Part shown: positions 60,901 through 64,000 of the stretch, in pieces | Position numbering within the stretch: position 1 is the first letter of the stretch | Layout of the letters: the number at the start of each line of letters is the position of its first letter | Source of the DNA: Magallana gigas | Lineage: Eukaryota | DNA: 64,000 bases | Direction of reading: 5' to 3' | Assembly (NCBI RefSeq): GCF_963853765.1 | Contig: NC_088855.1 | Location: 29,760,001-29,824,000, forward strand | Position numbers and translations under genes: made by a program | Notes under the pieces: model-generated | What the model was told of the DNA's origin: nothing | Databases searched by the model: none | The model's input: the letters and a program-made list of their open reading frames with translations, nothing else

Positions 60901-63780
60901 ACATCACCTTCATAAGACCACCTTTATCATTTTATATGAAAATCATACTTTATGACCTTGGATATTCATGGATTCTGTTTTGACAAAATATCGTATATCA
61001 TCTGATAAATTTTTTTATGATAATCACATGTTCATATGTTATTCAATACAATGATATAAAATGAAATATTGCATCATGTCATATTTATAATATATATCAT
61101 ATAATACAATAAAATACCATAATAAACAATAATGAGATATGATATTGTAACGTATGATATGACATTGTATTGTGCTATACCTTATTGTATTTGATCACAT
61201 AATACAATATCATAAAATATAATACAATATAGTATTATATTACAATATCATATTACATAATACAACATAACATTGAAACATGATATTATATTGTATAATA
61301 TATTGTATTGAATGACACTGAAACATATTTGATACATTATATGATATTATATCATATAATACGTCAATATAATTTGATTCCAACATTGTATCTTATCAAA
61401 TGATACAATATTATGTGATAAAGTAAAATATTATAAAATACATTATTATATTATACATATTGTATCATATGACACAATAATATATATTACAATATCATAT
61501 AATACAATTTCATGTGATATGATAATATATCATATAAACCAATATCATATCATACAATATCGTATGATACAATATTATATAATATTACAATATCATATTA
61601 TACAATTTCATGTGATATAATTCTATATTACTGAAACCAATATCATATTATACAATATTGTATGATACAATATTATATAATATACAATATTGTATCATAG
61701 GATACAATATAATATTTTGCAATATCTTATGTAATTGTATCATGTGATAAAATAATAAATTAAAAATACAATATAATAATATACAATATTGTATCATTAT
61801 ATACAATACTATACATAACAATATCATGATACAATATCATATAAAATATCAAAAAAATTGATACAATATCATATCTTATCGTATAACTTTTTATAATATA
61901 ACATTAGATATCATATATTATCATATCAAACAATATTGTTTAATATCATACAATACTATATCATAGGAATCATGTTATATCATTTTAATATCAACAAACA
62001 CATCTATCTATCGAGCTGGTTTGAGTGAGGTAGGAGATTTCTTTAGCATCCTTGATAATGGAGATCAGGCTCTGCATCTGAAGCAACCTCTGCATTTAAT
62101 TTATAATAAAGTTAAATCAACTATGCAAGCTATCATCTATAAAACATGTGACCTGTTCCAAAAAACTAAACCTCATCCAGCATCCGAAACCTATGGCTCA
62201 GATTCAGCATTCAAGCCCATCAGGTGCATTGGTATCATAAGACGCATCATCCATGCAAGTTTGGTGAAGTTTGGACCAGTAATAACTAAGATATCATCAT
62301 CAGAGGGCACTAGCAATTAAAACCTTAACTTCCTCCAGCATCCGCAACCTATGGCTCAGATTCAGCATCCATGCCTGTCAGGTGCATCTGTATCATAAGA
62401 CACACCATCCATTAAAGTTTGGTGAAGTTAGGACCTGTAATAACTAAGATTTATTTTTTAGCATCCTTGATAATGGAGATCAAGCTCTGCATCTGAAGCT
62501 ACCTCTGCGATTCATTCATATTACAGTTAAATCAACTATGCAAGTTTGAAATAGTACTATCATCTATTAAACATGTGACCTGTTCCTAAAAACTGAACTT
62601 TATCCTGCATCCGAAACCAGACTCAGCATTCAAGCCTGTCAGGTGCATCAGTATCATAAGACACACCATCCATGGAAGTCTGGTGAAGTAAGGACAAGTA
62701 ATAACTAAGATATCATCATCAGAGGGCACCTGTTTCAAAAACTTTATTTAACCAGCTCTTAAAACCTTAACCTCCTCCAGCATCCGCAACCTATTGCTCA
62801 GATTCAGCATTCAAGCTTGTCAGGTGCATCAGTATCATAAGACGCACCATCCATACAAGTTTGGTGAAGTTAGGACCAGTAGTAACTAAGATATAATCAT
62901 CAGAGGGCACCTGCAACAAAAACTTTAACCAGCTCTAAAAACCTTAACCTCTTCCAGCATCCGAAACCTATTGCTCAGATTCAGCATTCAAGCTTGTCAG
63001 GTGCATCAGTATCATAAGACGCATCATCCATACAAGTTTGGTGAAGTTAGGACCAGTAGTAACTTAGATATTGCTATCAATGGGCACCCGCAACAAAAAC
63101 TTTAACCTGCTCCAAAAACCTTAACCTTCTTCAGCATCCGAAACCTATAGCTCAGATTCAGCACTCAAGCCTGTCTGGTGCATCAGTATCATAAGGCACA
63201 CCATCCATGCAAGTTTGGTGAAGTACGGACCAGCAGTAACTAAGATATTGCTATCAAAGGCACCTGCAACAAAAACTTTAACCTGGTCCAACAACCTTAA
63301 CCTCCTCCAGCATCTGAAATTTAGGACCCAGATTCAGCATCCAAGTCTTTCAAGTCCATAAGTAGGTCCAGATGCATCATCCATGCAAGTTTGGTGAAGA
63401 TAGGACAAATAATAGCTTAAATACAGGACCTGCAACAAAAACTTTAACCAGGTCCGGACGCCGACGCCGACGCCACCGCCGACGCCGACGCCGAGGGTAT
63501 AGCATAAGCTCTCCTTGACTTCGTCTCGGTGAGCTAAAAATGTTTACCAATGACTTTAAGTGTGTCTTCGGGTATCTGTATTTGCTCTGGGGTTAGCCCG
63601 TTTTCTGTAATCTGTTTAGGAAGTAGGTGCCTCAATGCTATGGTGACTTTCTCTTCCTGTGTATAGCCTGGTATCTGAATGATTTCCATCCTATCCAACA
63701 ATGCAGGGGGAATGGTGGCCATATTGTTAGCTGTTGCTATGAACAACACTTGTGATAGGTCAAAGGGCACATTTAGATAG
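57913..63780 (-). CDS. LONP2: Peroxisomal Lon protease homolog 2, 3' part (gene continues beyond the window end)
   Basis: Exons 63780-63548, 60471-60218, 60017-59805, 59539-59342, 58414-58304 and 58020-57913 are in frame. Motifs [56 protein letters not shown] (catalytic Ser) and VGGIKEK (catalytic Lys); C-terminal PTS1 ATSKL*. Confidence 0.97.
58971..59181. mobile_element. MITE family A copy
   Basis: Intact TACTGTGGTTTCAT...ATGAAACCACAGTA ends. Confidence 0.9.
61000..62000. repeat. AT-rich low-complexity degenerate repeat (ATACAATAT / ATATCATAT units)
   Basis: About 1 kb that is nearly devoid of GC, with recurring TACAATAT and TATCATAT motifs. Confidence 0.85.
62040..63450 (+). repeat. ~177-bp tandem satellite-like array (about 7 monomers)
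   Basis: CATC(C/T)G-anchored units at 62181, 62339, 62608, 62781, 62958, 63135 and 63311; last periods 173, 177, 177, 176. Confidence 0.9.
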
Positions 63781-64000
63781 CTGAGTAGGGTCAAGGTAAA
63801 AGTTTTTGTTCAATTATACAAATAATATTTTAGAATTAAAATATTTATGATCAAAACATGTTCTTTTTCATGAAAAATAATTTAAGCAACCATCAAAAGT
63901 TAAAATACATATACATTCTAGAGAATTATGTTAACAATATTTTTTCCATTCACAACCTTGCTAAACTCAAAGTCATATTCCATAAATACTGAAAGAGATG

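Larger units (their letters stand above)
60865..63540 (+). mobile_element. Large composite Helentron-associated element filling most of a LONP2 intron
   Basis: Sub-terminal inverted repeats AGCTCACCGAGACGGAG (60869-60885) and CTTCGTCTCGGTGAGCT (63519-63535) match 16/17. Also a GACGCC microsatellite, a 3' hairpin and internal tandem arrays. Confidence 0.75.

Noticed and set aside
62021-62320. 99-aa ORF in the LONP2 intron
   Set aside because: It lies in the ~177-bp satellite array, and neighbouring monomers do not keep the frame.
62040-63450. CRISPR-like repeat/spacer array
   Set aside because: Eukaryotic intron; whole monomers are homologous with no unique spacers, and there are no cas genes.
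6414-63780. Functional link between chlorophyllase (phytol release) and peroxisomal LONP2
   Set aside because: The genes are ~50 kb apart with unrelated genes between, and LONP2 is a general quality-control protease; nothing supports the link.

Overview
AT-rich, intron-rich animal genomic DNA. It is most likely a bivalve such as the Pacific oyster Crassostrea/Magallana; this is inferred from repeat families I recall, not from a database search. I assembled spliced gene models by hand and checked phase at every junction. Seven genes: (1) a secreted chlorophyllase-like alpha/beta hydrolase (-, 7 exons, 309 aa); (2) a carboxypeptidase B-like M14 zymogen (-, 11 coding exons, 417 aa); (3) NAE1/APPBP1 (+, 19 exons, 537 aa); (4) an acid/gastric-type lipase (-, 8 exons, 390 aa, one GC-AG intron); (5) a small secreted Thr/Ala/Gly heptad-repeat mucin-like protein with an apparent frameshift (+); (6) a type I membrane C-type lectin (+, first exon not found); (7) the 3' part of peroxisomal Lon protease LONP2 ending in SKL (-). 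Introns and intergenic DNA hold many non-autonomous DNA elements (TA-, TTAA-, 6-bp- and 9-bp-TSD MITEs and Helentron-type elements carrying satellite monomers), microsatellites and one 200-N gap. Best leads: an intron-containing animal chlorophyllase-like gene with altered catalytic motifs next to other digestive hydrolases; paired duplicates showing TA->TACATGTA changes that look like transposon excision footprints; a candidate in-frame cassette exon in NAE1; tRNA-like Pol III boxes inside DNA MITEs; and a double-hairpin foldback element.
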